From Chiloscyllium plagiosum (taxonomy: Eukaryota): a DNA stretch of 64,000 bases. Below the pieces are notes generated by a model. That model was given only the letters and a program-made list of their open reading frames with translations. It was not told the origin of the DNA and did not search any database. This document shows, piece by piece, positions 12,160-26,104 of this stretch. Both the position numbers and the translations under genes were made by a program. The stretch lies in the NCBI RefSeq assembly GCF_004010195.1, contig NC_057719.1, positions 39,670,252-39,734,251 of the forward strand, written 5' to 3'. Numbering within the stretch: the first letter of the stretch is position 1; the number at the start of each line of letters is the position of its first letter.

Positions 12160-13200
12160 GCAAAAACTGAAGTTTCTGGAAAGAACTCAGCAGATGTGGC
12201 AGCATCCGTGATTAGAAAGCAGAGTTAACATTTCAGGTCCAGTGACCTTCCTTCAGTACTGATTGTAGCTGGGAAACAGTTAGTATATATGTCGAAGATG
12301 GGGTTGGGAGAGGGAGGAGAGTAAACGGTAGGGAGATTTGGAATGCAGAGAGAGAGAGAATAGCAGTTGGGCAGTCAAAACAATAGGTAAAGGTCAGCCT
12401 AGTATAATCCATGTTTTCTCATTGGGACCTCAGTGGTTGACAATGTGTTGTTTGAAGACAAGGCCTGGTGTTTGGGTTTGAGGTAAGGACATAAGAGAAT
12501 ATGGATTAGTGGTGCTGGAAGAGCACAGCAGTTCAGGCAGCATCCAAGGAGCTCCTCGGATGCTGCCTGAACTGCTGTGCTCTTCCAGCACCACTAATTC
12601 AGAATCTGGTTTCCAGAATCTGCAGTCATTGTTTTTACCTCATAAAAGAATATGCTCAGGCCCTAAAATTTATTGAACTTGATTTGAATCCTGAAGGCTG
12701 CAAGGTCCCCAAGCTGGAAGAACAACATCTCATTTTCTGCTTTTGCTGAGCTTCACTCGAGTATTGAAGCAAGCCTGAGAAAGAGATTTTGGTCAGGGAA
12801 CGTGATGGTGTGTTGAAGTGGCTCTGAACAATATCTGTGTCTCAGGGTTGCTGCAGTGCTCCAGTGAAGCTCAGCACAAGCTGGAAGAACAGCATCACAT
12901 TTTCTGCTTGGGCAATCTTTGGCCTCCGAACTCAATATTGAGCTCAATTTTTTTTTTAGGGCCTAAGCACCTTCTCCCATGTCCTTATCTAACATGCACA
13001 CACCAGATATTGTCATCACATGGGCTGCTACCACAAACAACCACTAATTAGTCAGCCACTAATGGTCCCCCTTAGCAGCTATTGATTCTCCCAAGACTGA
13101 CTTTTAGCCATTTCTTTATCCGACTCTTGTTCTCTGTATTTGGGCTCTATCTCCACATATCGTTTACTCCCCCACCAGCCCCCTCTCGGATAATCTTCAG
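12160..13200. mobile_element. Older Penelope-like element (family D): two GIY-YIG C-terminal/3' segments in inverted orientation
   Basis: + arm encodes ICVSGLLQCSSEAQHKLEEQHHIFCLG (PLE endonuclease end; ORF 12818). The - arm has the same region plus a degenerate hammerhead core CTGAAGG-AAGGTC-ACTG-GACCT-GAAA-TGTT (12226-12256). Confidence 0.7.
12504..12640. mobile_element. Nested palindromic Penelope-like remnant (family A), 14-bp TSD
   Basis: 94-bp loopless palindrome at 12505-12598 (47-bp arms, 1 mismatch). TSD CATAAGAGAATATG at 12490-12503 and CATAAAAGAATATG at 12641-12654. Confidence 0.85.
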
Positions 13201-13999
13201 CAGATAACCTTGGTTATCCAAACAAGATCGCAAGGTTAATTCAACATCTCAATTGAATTAGGAAAATTCTGTTCCTCATCCACTCAATGCATCATTTTGT
13301 AAATTTTGAACAGGAATATAGATGCAAGTATGCTTTAATAAATAATTAACTTCAAATATATACTCAAGATGTGACGTTAGGGTTAAGCCTTACAATTTTC
13401 ATAAAAGGCTGTCCGTTACTCTCTTCCTCCTCGCCACCCCCACAATCTTCAGCAATTTTCATTTGTTTCTGATTTCTAGTACCCATAGGTTTTTGGGGTT
13501 TTTTTGCTGAGCTTTATATGAAACATTGATTTCCCCTAGGAATAAATGATAAACTGAATTCAAGTTCCAGTGGACCTTCCTTAGCAGACAAAAACTAAAA
13601 CATTAAAGCCACAGCCTATAAATTGAAAACTGTAGTTTAAATAGCTAAATTCAGACATTGACAGATGAAATATGTTTAAAATACATTTTTCTTGTATATT
13701 TTTAAATTTAACATGGTACTGTTTTTGCATAATTGCCTGTAGTGAAGCAGTCAAGAGTGGAACAGGCGCACTGGTGACCAGTGATTGTGTGAAGGGCCTA
13801 TACTTATTGGTTCCTGGCTGCTACTTGGGTCATTGCTTACTCCTGATATCATCCTACCATTATTTGGTGTTCTTTTCCTCTCAGGTTTTATCGGGCTGTG
13901 CTGTAGTAAAGAGTGTCCATTCTTCTAAATTTGTATGTAACCTTTAGCTGTGAATTTCTAAATGTCCTACTATAGTGGAATAATAAGAGCAAATATTGA

Positions 14000-14419
<420 letters not shown>

Positions 14420-14904
14420 TGATGTAAAAATTTGCAATCTTGGATTAGAAGGGATATCCATGCATATTGCAAAGTTATTTATAATTTCAAATTTTCCAAA
14501 GCATGTTCGTTCATCTTGGATGTGGAGCTTCAATTGCTCACTTCTTATGTTTAATTTTTGAGCATGACCATTTTCATATCTTCTCAATGAATTACAGTAG
14601 AAACTGAATGCTGCATTTCTTGTTTAGGACTATGAAAAGTTTTACAGAAATAACTTATTCATCTTGCATGGCACACTTGCTGGACATAATTATATATTAT
14701 TATACTCTGAACTCTGCATCTTTAATGGAAATGTTAGAGTTTTTTCTATATGGTTAAATAGTTATTTAAAATCTCGTGGATTTGTAGGGTAAGATCGCTT
14801 CCTCCCTCAAACCAGTATCATTTAAATACTATATTTAAAAAAAACCTTCTGACTAGTGTTATGTTGTTGTGGAATATTGCTACTGCAAATGTCACTACTG
14901 CCAG

Positions 14905-15390
14905 GAAGATGGAGTACAAAAGTATAGGATTCTTGCTACAATTATATAGGGCATTAGTGAGATCTTGAATACTGGTCACACCTTTTACTTAAGCAAGGAT
15001 ACACTTGTATTCAAAGCAATTCAAAGAAGGTTGATTCCTTGGATGAAGGGGTTGCCTTGAGGAAAGGCTGAGGAGGTTGGGCCTATTCTTATCAGAGTTT
15101 GGACCAATTCTCATTGGAGTTTTGAAGAATGAGAGTGAGACTGGTTTAAATCAATGGCCTCCTATTTAAGATGGATTTGATGATTAACTTCTCATCATAG
15201 TATTGTTAATGACAGCAGTGGAGGCTAGGTCATTGAATATATTACAGTTAGACATTTTTTTGACAAGGGAATTGTGGGTTTTTTTTTTAAGGAGACTAGC
15301 AGAAAAGTGTAGGTAAGGCCACAAATCAGAGCAGTCATAATCTTATTGAATGGCAGAGCAGGCTGGAAGGGCCAATCAGCTCCTATTTCT
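14905..15390 (+). mobile_element. Old CR1 3' fragment
   Basis: ATGGAGTACAAAAGT...TATAGGGCATTAGTGAG...TTGAATGGCAGAGCAGGCTGGAAGGGCC, CR1-type 3' end. Confidence 0.6.
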
Positions 15391-15589
15391 TTTATGAATA
15401 GTTCTATTTGTTTGCACTCCAAAGGTAATTCACGTTAAGTGCTTTGATGTGTTTTGTTACATAAATGCAAGTGTTTCCTTGGACCCTGCCTTATGGAGTT
15501 TATAACCCGTTACGTCTTATGAGACAATTCTGTTTTGCTTCTTTACTTTGTGGTATTAGTTGAGGCTGAACTGGATTTAACTTGTCTTA

Positions 15590-15853
15590 GTTGGCTGCCC
15601 TCAACCTGTCCCTCTTCCTTCCCGCCTACCTATTGCACATTCGGTTACTTCCGCCCCCATCAAGCCCCAGCCCCAGCTCCACCCCCCTCCCATTTATCTC
15701 TCCACCCCCTCGACTCGCAGCCCCATTCCTGATGAAGGGCTTTTGCCTGAAATATCGATTCTCCTGCTCCTCAGATGCTGCCTGACCTGCTATGCTTTTC
15801 CAGCACCACACTCTCGACTCTAATCTCCAGCATCTGCAGTGCACACTTTCACC
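15590..15853 (+). mobile_element. Penelope-like remnant (family A) with hammerhead core
   Basis: ATTC-CTGATGA(15729-15735)-A-GGGC-TTTT-GCCT-GAAA(15749-15752)-TATC; consensus CGTC decayed at the CpG. Same flanks as the copies at 1832 and 55495. Confidence 0.8.
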
Positions 15854-16899
15854 TTGTTGCTTTTAATCTTTATTTTTCCATTTCAGTCTCAATTTAATGT
15901 GCTTTACTTTATTGAGAATATACTTTGAATACGAGGTTACTTAATTCATGAGGAAATATGTCATCAATTTTAAGATGACCTGAGGTGCTCAGACTTCTGT
16001 GTTGCAAGTTCAAAGTTTCATGGCAATCTGAAATGAATAGAGGAAATTTACTTAAAAAAATGAAAAGAAGATTAAAGGAAATGTCAACTTTTAGTCTTCC
16101 ACAGCTGTCTTGAGCAGTGTTGTCAAATTACCAGAGTAATGTTTTATTCTTGTTTTGGGTGGAATATAATGTCTGATACAGGAGACCAATAGGATAGAAG
16201 AAAATAACTTATTGAAAGTAGAGACCAAGTGAATAGGTACTTTAGGTACAGTTGAAGCAATTATGGAAATTACAGGAGAAGGTAGCCAAAGTCCTTGCAA
16301 GTATTTACTTATGAACATAAGAGTCTTAAATCAGTAGTGTGTCCAAATTACATTCAATCTTGTTTTTACACTGTACCATACTCAGAGCAATTTTATTTTT
16401 CATTTCAGTCTTGTATTGATTACAAAACTGATCTAATAGTTCAATTTTTTTAAAACAAGGAAGACTTGCACAGCGCTTTTTGAAGAATCAGATTTCCCAA
16501 CGTACTTTATGCCAATGGAGTACCTTTGTTATGTAGTCACTATCAAAAAATAAATTCTCAATACCTAATTTGTGTCTCTAGGACAAGATTGGATGTCTTG
16601 AAAAAGAAAGGAGAGTACTTAAATATAGTCTATTAAAATCTATTATAAAAATGGTGATGAGAGCTTGCTGTTATTTGCAAACTGAACAGAAATTTCCAGT
16701 GATGGCACCTGCAGAGTCAAACATGAAATTCTTGAAATTGCAGTGAGATACACAGCTTTTCCATGGCACTGTGAAAATGGCATATCATTGTCTGGTTAAA
16801 TACTTAAAGAAACTTAGTAACATTACATTTATGTACTAGCTATGTTGATACAAGTCAAAAACACCAAAAAGGTTCATTCTCATCCCTTCCACTGACAGT

Positions 16900-17745
16900 A
16901 CCTGGTTAATTGCATGATATCACAAAGATGGGCAGAGGGATATGTTGTGTCAAGAAAGGCTTCAGACTTAGGAGAGTGAGCAAAGAAGTGGCAGATCGAA
17001 TGCACTGTGGAAAAGTATGAGGTTTTGCACTTTGGTGGGAGGAATCGAGGCATATATTATTTTCGCAAAAGGAAGGCTTTGGAAATCTGAAGCACAACGG
17101 GACTTGGGAGTCCTAGTTTCTGAAGCTCCGAAAGTTAACAAGCAAGTTCACTTGGCAGTTAGGAAGACAAACACAGTTTTAGCATTCATTTTGAGAGGGC
17201 CAGGATACCAGTGCCGTGATGTACTGTTGAGATGTATAAGACTCTGGTCAGATTGCATTTGGAATATTGCGAGCAGTTTTGTGCCCCAAATCTCAGTTGT
17301 TGGCCTTAGAGGAGCTTTGTAAGAATGATCCTGGGGATGAAGAGCTTGTCACATGAGGAGCAGTTAAGGAATCTTGGTCTGTATTTGATTAGAGTTTAGA
17401 GGATGAGAGGGAACTGATTGAAATTTGCAGAATACTGAGGGACCTGGATAAATTGGACATGGAGAAGATGTTTCCACTAGTAGAAGAGACTAGGCCCCAG
17501 GGCACAGCCTCTTTTAGAACTGAGATGAAGAAGAATTTCTTCAAGCAGAGTGTGATAAATATGTGGAACTCATTGTTGCAAAAGACTGTGGAAGCCAAGT
17601 CAGTGAGTGAGGCCAAGACCTTGATTAGTAGAGGATCAAGGGCTATGGGGAGAAGGCAAGAGAATGGGGTTGAGAATCTTATCAACCATGACTGAATGAC
17701 AGAGCAGACTCAAATGGGCTAATGCAGCTCCTGTATCTATGATCT
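16900..17745 (+). mobile_element. Decayed CR1 LINE 3' part
   Basis: QRDLGVLV, and DMEKMFPLVEETR...KKNFFKQSVINMWNSLLQKTVEA, in the ORF track. Confidence 0.8.
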
Positions 17746-19384
17746 TACGTTTTAATTATTTCTAAACCTCCTCTGTGGCACTGGAATGCAATTTTAATAA
17801 GTTTATTGGTGATGCTAAACTTACTCCTTTGTCTCTATGTATGTGTGTAAGTCTTTTTGCTTGCTCGCTCGCTCACTCTGATTGCTTACTGCACCCCCTC
17901 CCCTCCATCCAATCTATCTTTCCCATTACTTATTTAGGTTTTCATAGATATTTGAATTCACTATTCCAATGTAAACCTCCCTGGATCAGATGCCAAAGTG
18001 CTCACTAGCATTTTGCAATTTTGTTTGTGAAGGCCTGTTCACAAAAATCCCAGATCCCTTTTAGAAGACAATACGTTATTTGGCTAATTGCAACTTACTG
18101 TGTTCAAACCTGAGGAGAATCTGTAGGTATGTTAAAGTTGAACAAATGGCTAGTGCTGTTTATTCACCACTCACAACAAAATCTGACCAAATAAGAATGA
18201 GCTCTCTAATTGAGTTCCTGGTCCATTTTATTTTACATAAAAAGAAATACACCAAATAAATTTAGATGTGAACAGTATCTAATACTTCACAAAAATAATA
18301 ATGAAAATAAGACCCTTAAATAAATCTTTCTTCTTCATACATAACTCAAATGATGAAAATCTAGTTGACTTGTTTCCCTCCAGAAAGTTAGCAGAATGTA
18401 CAATATGTATATTTTTCAAAAGAAAGTTTTGTATTATCACCAGAAATGCAGCGATGTCATTTTGAGCATTGTTTTATCTAATCTAATCTCAAATTCTAAT
18501 GATCATGAACACTTTTTTTTTGCACATTGAAAAACTTCTTCAAAATTTAATAAATATGATCACTGTTTAACTTTCCTGCTGTGTATAGAGTTTCACTAAG
18601 TTGAACTAGAAAGAAAGTTACCCAAAGTAAGAGTTAAACTATTTCTCCTGCATGTGTGTAGGAGCGAAGATCCAAGTTGAGGATATGCAGGAAGCTATTC
18701 TTCTTCTAACAATAGTCTGTATGTGCTGCCAGATACCTGATACCTTGTCCAGAAAGAGCTTAAAAAATGTCCTTGAGAGTGAGATATTTGTTGTAGAAGG
18801 TCAGACCTTTCTATAGGTAGATTAGTTATTAAAAGAATGCAGCATAAAACTGAGTATTGCCGAAGGGAATTCATGTGACTTGTGCTCTGAACAAGGTGAT
18901 ACAATGCAATAACATTCGTTAAACAACAGTATTCACCTAAATGAAAATAATAGGCTAGATAAATATCCATACCAACTAGACTGACTTTACTTCAATCTCA
19001 TTTATACATTTTTAAAAAAAATATTGTTCCTTTAGGGAGTGTAAAAGACTAAATTTGTTTTTTTTTCCTCCATAATATATTCAAGAAAAGTTCATGGGTC
19101 AACCTATTTTTATATGGATGTAAATCTATTAGCCAAATTTAAATATGAGCTCTTATTTACCAATGATAATTTTGATTGAAAGAGTAAATGAGACTGATGA
19201 GTCTGTATGAGGTCTCTGCAAGAACAACTGTTAATCCCACTCTGCTAGTCCCAATCTCCTGCCTATTCCCATAGCCGAGTTTTTTATTTCTGTATTGCTG
19301 AAAAGTGACATGTTGCTGAAGGTTTTTGTCTTGCACTCCTTCTCAACAAATACTAGAATGCTAAATTTCAAATGTTCACAACAA

Positions 19385-20165
19385 ACGTGAGGTGATGCAT
19401 TTTGGAAGATCCAATTAATGACTGAACTATACGGTAAATGGAAAAGCCCTGGGAAAAATTGATATAGAGAGAGATCTGAATGTTCAGGTCCATTGTACCC
19501 TGAAGGGTACAATGCAAGTCGATAGAGTGGTCAAGAAGACATACAGAATGCTTTCTTTAGATGGGGTATTCAGTACAAGAGTTGGCAGGTCATGTTACAG
19601 TTGCATAGAACTTTGGCTCAGCTACATTTGGAATACTGCGTACAGTTCTGGTCACCACATTACCAAAAGGATGCTTTGGAGAGGGTGCAGAGGAGGTTCA
19701 CCAGGATGTTGCCTGGTATGGAGGGTGCTAGCTATGAAGAGAGGTTAAGTAGATTAGGATTATCATCATTAGAAAGACTGAGGTTGAGAGGAGACCTGAT
19801 TGAGGCCTACAAAATCATGAGAGAGGTAGTCAAGGTGAATAGCAAGGAGCCTTTTCCCATAGTGGGGGACTCATTTACTAGGGGTCACAGGTTCAAGGTG
19901 AGAGGGGAAAAGTTTAAGGGCAATATGCATGGAAAGTTCTTTATGCAGATGGTGGTGGGTGCCTGGAATATGATGCCAACAGAGGTGGTAGAGGCGGGCA
20001 TGATGGCGTCATTTAAAATGTATCTAGACAGACATATGAATCGGCAGGGAGCAGAGGGATAAAGATCCTTAGAAAATAGGCAACAAGTTCGGATAGAGGA
20101 TCTGGATCCTCGCAGGCTTGGAGGGCCAAAGGGCCTGTTCCTATGCTGTAAATTTCATTGTTCTT
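19385..20165 (+). mobile_element. CR1 LINE 3' part
   Basis: ORF 19592: HLEYCVQFWSPHYQKDALERVQRRFTRMLPGM...SLERLRLRGDLIEAYKIM... Confidence 0.92.
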
Positions 20166-20589
20166 TGTAATTCTTCGACAAAAGGGTGCAGTTTGTTTGC
20201 AGGTTAATTCTGGCTGAGGCATTGCAGTGCAGAAAGTGCAGAGAACGGCAAGTTATTTGAGCTCCTGGGTGACTCAAAAGGAGTGCAAAGCTTGAACATA
20301 CTGCAGGAATGGCCTGTGAATGACTGTTGCCACTTCCAACAAGTGTAAATGAACCACATTACGAACTTGACTGATGATCGAGTTACGTCGGACATTAGTT
20401 GTAAGATATGATTTGGTGGGTTTTGCTATGTTAAGTTCTGGGGCAGCTCTACCATTTTTCTTTCACTAACGCAGAGGTCGACACTGCAAGGTCAACCTGG
20501 CATGGTGTGTTTTTGTTGTTTGAGATCGATGCCAGGTAGTCAGTCCGGTTTTGTTGTTGTTTAATTTTTCTGTAGCACTTTGATACACC

Positions 20590-20870
20590 TGAATGGCTTG
20601 CTCTTTCAAAGGTTGCTTTAAGAGTTAACTACACTGATATCTCACATAACCCGACTGGTTAAGGAAACAGATTTTCTTCCCTGAAGGAGACAGCTGAGCC
20701 AGTCATTTTATGACATTCCAGCAGTTTCTTGTTCACCATTGAAATTAGTTTTATTCCAGATTTATTAATTAATTTGAATTTAAATTCCCTTAACTGACAT
20801 TGTGAGATTTGAACTTTGTTTTGGAGCATTTTTCTGAGTCTGTGGATTTCAAGTGGACACGATTACTACG
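20590..20870 (-). mobile_element. Degenerate copy of the second tRNA-derived SINE family
   Basis: Shares TTCTTCCCTGAAGGA...TTCCAGATTT...TTGAATTTAAATTCC with 23685-23973. Confidence 0.5.
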
Positions 20871-23109
20871 TTTTCATTCCGTCTGCATTATTTTGACTTC
20901 AAATTGAGAAAATAAATTGAGTTTGTTCTTTCCTGTAGTCTTGAAACCTTGCACAAATTCTGATTACTTTGCATCCTCCTAAAGATGGTACTTCCGTGAA
21001 TATTTGGGAGAACAGGAATGGTTAGTATTGCTGTCAGCCTTTTATTGTTTTATGAAAAACTCCTGAAAGCTGTGGTCTCAGATGGTGGCTGGGTACTGAA
21101 ATCTACAACTTGATGAGTCTCTTCACCTGGAAGAGATGGCCCTAGGATTGCCCACAAACAGTTTGAGCTTTACATAGCATTGAGAAAGCATTCTTTCTTT
21201 CGTAGGTATTCCAAACCTAGAAAACACTACTGTATAGATAGTTATTAACCGTTTCTTTATAAATGTGGTTATTAACTAAATTATGTTACCAACATTATGG
21301 CCAGAACTACGTAAACAGCTTAGCGAACGTGATAGTTGAGGGATTTCCAAACACAGATGAAAATTTTAGTTGGTTTGCTGCTGCTTTTCTACTTCTGTTT
21401 CCATGTTGTACAGCTCTATGGCTCCAGTCTTTAAAAAAAATTTGCAACGATGTCAATGTGGCCATATACTTCAGAACATCAGTCATATTGTGTACAAGTG
21501 AGGTATGGAATAAATGTGACTTAGTTCTGGATTTTTCAAGGTAAAATCACTGTAACATTAATCCTACACATTTTGAGGCTTTGATTTTACAAAATGGCAG
21601 GCCAAGTCATAATGGCATGGTGATACAATTTTTTTAATTACAATAAATTCATACTCCTTCATTGGCTAGGAATTGACCAGCAGTTAAATGATTTAGTATT
21701 TGTTTTTGTTCTAGGCAGAATATTTTTATAAATAAAATTCTCTTTGCAGGACTGTTCCATGTATTTATTTGTCACATATTTGCTCAAGTACATTTCCTTC
21801 ACCTTGACACTTGTGTAAATGCATCTGTTCAGAGTTGCATACTTTTAGGTTAAACACTTCTCAAATTTGTTGCCAACATACACCTTGTTATTTTTTTCAC
21901 CTACAATAGACTTTAGTATTTTACCAGCAACTGACTAGTAACTTAGCAGTAATCGTCTCATTTTGAAGACGTTACATTTGACACTCTCCAGTCCCTTAGC
22001 ACAGAATTTTGAAAAGTTAAACCTGGCCTCCATGATTTCTTACCCAATTTCTCTTTCAGGCCCCCCTATTTTAAGGATTTACATCTGTAAATCATAACAG
22101 TTCAATTAATTGGTTTACCTTTTGGCTGTGTGACTTATTTGTACTATTTCTTTTGAATAGTATTGGGTAATTGTTATAAAGTATTCTAATGAATCTGTCA
22201 TCCCAAATTGCTATGAGAAAACAGAGACAACTGCTTTATTTGGAATTCTAGAATGGAATCCATTTGACCTGTTGTGTCCGTGCCAAATCCCTGCAAAAAT
22301 AACTAACTTTTGCACTCCTTCACTTTGTAGAATTATCAAATATTGTATATTTGATTGTGTTTTTCATCCCAAGCTTGCCTGCGTCATTTCTTGTCTTACA
22401 ACTAATGTATATATTGAAAACCACTTATTGCATTTTCATTTTTCCTAATTGCTTTTACTTTCTCAGAATTTCTATCTTTCACACACTTCTCTTGACATTC
22501 ATTTGTATTATTGTGCCTATATGTATTAACTAAGTTTAAGTTCCAAACTTCAAACTCCAAACTTTACATTCATTTTTTATCCTGCTGAATGGTAGTTAAT
22601 TTGCAGCTTTTCTGTCTGCTTAATCAATTCTATTGTTGATGAATAGTATTATTTCATTTCAGTCTCGGCACGGTCTCTTGCCTTGCTGCTTTTCCTCCCA
22701 GTAAAATAAGTTTGTCTTCAACTCTTTAGCTTTTACACTGAAACTGTTGTGCTCAGGAATGTTGACAAAAGTGTACTGATTTCTTTTCTGATGCAGAAAA
22801 TCTGAAAAGCACTCTAGGTTTGAAGTTAAATGCATTTCGATTTGTTTTCTCAGTTGTCATGGCTTGTCCAAGTTCCAAGTCTGCTTTCAATTTAACCCAC
22901 TTGGGTTTGGTTTCTGTTCAGCAAAGCTTGATGCTTACCAGTTGTACTATTTACCTCCAGGTGCTGAGTCAATGTTATTCATTAGAACACCACTGGGATT
23001 ATTTTTGAATTCTACTGAATATTTCCCTAGGCAATAGGCAAAGTTCCAGCTCCTGTTAATCAACAACTGCACTTTTACAGCATAATAATAATTTTATTAA
23101 TGTGTTTTA

Positions 23110-23973
23110 TTCATTCATGGGGTGAGGGTGTCACTGGCAGGCCAGCATTTATTGCGTAGAGTTCTGGTCGCCACATTACCAGAAGGATGTGGATGCTTTG
23201 GAGAGGGTGCAGAGGAGTTTCGCCAGGATATAGCCTGCTATGGAGGGTGCTAACTGTGAAGAGGTTGAGTAGATTAGGATTATTATCATTAGAAAGACTG
23301 AGGTTGAGAGGAGACCTGATTGAGGACTACAAAAATCATGAGAGGTATAGACAGGGTGGATAGCAAGAAGCTTTTTCCCCAGAGTGGGGGATCAATTACA
23401 GGTCATAAGTTCAAGGTGGGAGGAGAAAAGTTTAAGGGAAATATGCATGGAAAATTCTTTATGCAGAGGGTGGTGGGTGCCTGGAACAAGTTGCCAGTGG
23501 AGATGGTAGAGGTGGGCACTGTAGCGTCATTAAAAAGATGTAAATAGACAGATACATGAATGGGAAAGGAGCAGAGGTATACAGATCCTTGGAAAATAGG
23601 AGGCAGGTTTAGATAGAGGATCTGGATCGGTGCAGGCTTGGAGAGCCAAAGGGCCTGTTCTTGTACTGTAATTTTCTTTATTTATCTCTAATTGCCCAGG
23701 TAAGAGTCAGCCATATGGCTGTGGATTTGGAGTCACGTAGACCAGATTGGGTGGTGATGGCAGTTTCCCTTCCTGAAGGATATTAATGATCCAGATGGGT
23801 TTTTCCATCAATCAGCAGTGGATTCATGATCATCTTTTGACTCTTAATGCCAGATTTTTATTGATTTCAAATTCCACCATCTGCTGTGACATGACTCAAA
23901 CCTGGGTGCCCGGAATATTACTTGGGTCTCTGGATTAACAGTCCAGCGATATTACGTCTAGGCCATCTCCTCC
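23110..23973 (-). mobile_element. Second tRNA-derived SINE (resembles shark SacSINE1, from memory), split by the CR1 at 23156-23684
   Basis: Minus-strand head GGGGGAGGAGATGGCCTAG...GGTTTGAGTC (A/B-box-like). 3' tail GCAATAAATGCTGGCCTGCCAGTGACACC...CCATGAATGAATA is shared with the L2/CR1-group LINE. Confidence 0.65.
23156..23684 (+). mobile_element. CR1 LINE 3' part, same subfamily as 19385-20165
   Basis: Long stretches are nearly identical to 19645-20165 (e.g. GTAGATTAGGATTATTATCATTAGAAAGACTGAGGTTGAGAGGAGACCTGATTGAGG). Confidence 0.9.
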
Positions 23974-26104
23974 CCCTAAAATATGAATCACATCAAGTTG
24001 GTAATTTTCTTTCCATAAGTCCTGCAATTTGATAGCGATGTAATAAAATTGAGTACTTGCCACAAGCAGGTCAATACTGATGAAAATCTCCCTTTTCTGA
24101 CTACTGTGTCCAACACTGTTGACTTCATCTTCCCTCAACTTCGATATTTGCATAGGGTGATGATGGACAACTTTATGGTGTGAGAAATGAATCATAAAGG
24201 AAAATATGTAAAAATTCAGTACTTAAATCAGGAAGACCAGTTTTGTTATTATTGGTTTCTGTTTAGCACAGTCTTGGTAGGCTGACGGGTCTGTTCCTAT
24301 GCTGTATTGTTCTTTGTCCTTTATAAAGCTGCACAACGCTTTAATTTCCTTCTCTACCACTATTGCTGCAAAGCTTTTGCCATTTTTCATGTGAAGATCT
24401 TTGCTGTGTTAAAGTGGCCTAACAGAAGGTTGCTTTTGTTGTTTGTTGTACTTCCATTACTTCACTCAAAATGTTTTAAAACTGATGCTTCATACTTTTT
24501 TAATAGGAGTTAGTATCCAATTGGAAAGTTTGCTAGCTAACCTCTACTGACGAATGATCCACAGTTTACTTCTGGTTTTATTACATGGAAATAGAGAAGT
24601 TCCACAAATTGTCTAGTGCAGAGTGCCATCTACTTTTAAGCAGTTCAAGGAACTAAAATACAAAGAGCTACTTTTTCTTCCTTCCTAGGCAAAAGATGTA
24701 ATGGCTCAGTGAGGCCATATGTTAGCCCTGTGCATTGTGTCTTTAAAACCAAAGAGCTAACTGCAATAATAGGTCATTCACCCCATTGTGTTCAAGCTTG
24801 CCCTTTACTAAAGGAATCCATAACTAATGACGCTATCCCACTCTCTCCATAGAATACTGCAGTAATAAGTACCACAAGGTATAATTAATCCTCTTTTCTG
24901 TTAAATCTATGGGATGATAGTTCAACTAGTCATTACTTTTCTGCATGTGAAAATATGTCAAACTTATAAAGCTCTGGTACAGAATTTGGTCAGTTTTGAG
25001 CACCCACATGAAACAAGAAGTTGAAGTGAAAGGGTTTTCCTGGAGCAAGTAAATACTGAAAGAAGCAGTGATAAAGGTTCTTTGAGTAATGGGCTCTTAA
25101 GTAGATCTATTGTTTGACAGAAGTAGGATATAGTCAAAAAGAAAGCAATTATTTTAATTTGTCAGCAGTGCATGTCAAATTCAATTAGTGCAAAATTAAG
25201 AAAAATAGATTTTAAAAATCTAAATGTGCTGACAAGTGGATTCTATTTTAATTCAAGACTGCATTGCAGGTATTCAAAAATATCTCAATCATCACGGCTG
25301 TTGGTAAATTTCACCACAAGTTAGTCTGACTAGGTGCAGAGATGAAATATGTAAGCGTTTGACGGTTGTCCTTTCTTCAAGCAGCTGCTTAGTTCCATTG
25401 CAGAATTTACAGATTTGACAACAAAATCGTTTACACATCCAAGTGCCAAATCAAACTGAATGTCTGCCTGCAGAATAGGTTTTGTTTCACGACATTTGAT
25501 AACATGGTTAGGAAGGAAAGACTTGTGCTTAAGGTTGGTTGATTATGTAAACATATGTAAGTGAGCATGATGTCAGTTTTTTTTTAAGCTTGATCATGTG
25601 ATCCTACTGGAGATATGCTCAAGTGGTGCTCACAGATGGTGCTTTCAGAAGCAGCTGACTTAATATATGAATATAAACAAGGAGAAGCCCCTTGTGTATT
25701 GGATTGAGCTTTTGAGGAGATTTTGAAACAAGGCATGGTTTAGTATAAACTAGATTTTTTTTGATATTCTGTTTAGTATGGTATTTTACAGATGTTGAGT
25801 TTGCATGAACTACTTGATGTTTAACTGGCCAGGTTTTATTTTCATGTCCCCCTAATTAACCCTATGTTATGTCATGGTCTAAAAGGGATATTTTAAAGAG
25901 CTAGAGAGATTTACAGAGGGAATTTCAGAGCTCAGGTCTGAACTGTTGATGGCAGACCTACCAATGCAGTGCAGATAAAACCAAGGACACTCGAGAATTA
26001 GATTTGGCATGGATCTCTTGGAGTGTTGTGGGAATGGAACACATTAGAGATAGGGTAAGCTAAAGCCACAGATGGGACTAAAATGTAGGCATTGTCTAGA
26101 GGCG

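Noticed and set aside
19592..20062. Open 156-aa ORF as a possible domesticated or active LINE gene
   Set aside because: Only the CR1 ORF2 C-terminus; upstream RT is truncated and frameshifted. No intact autonomous element was found in the window.
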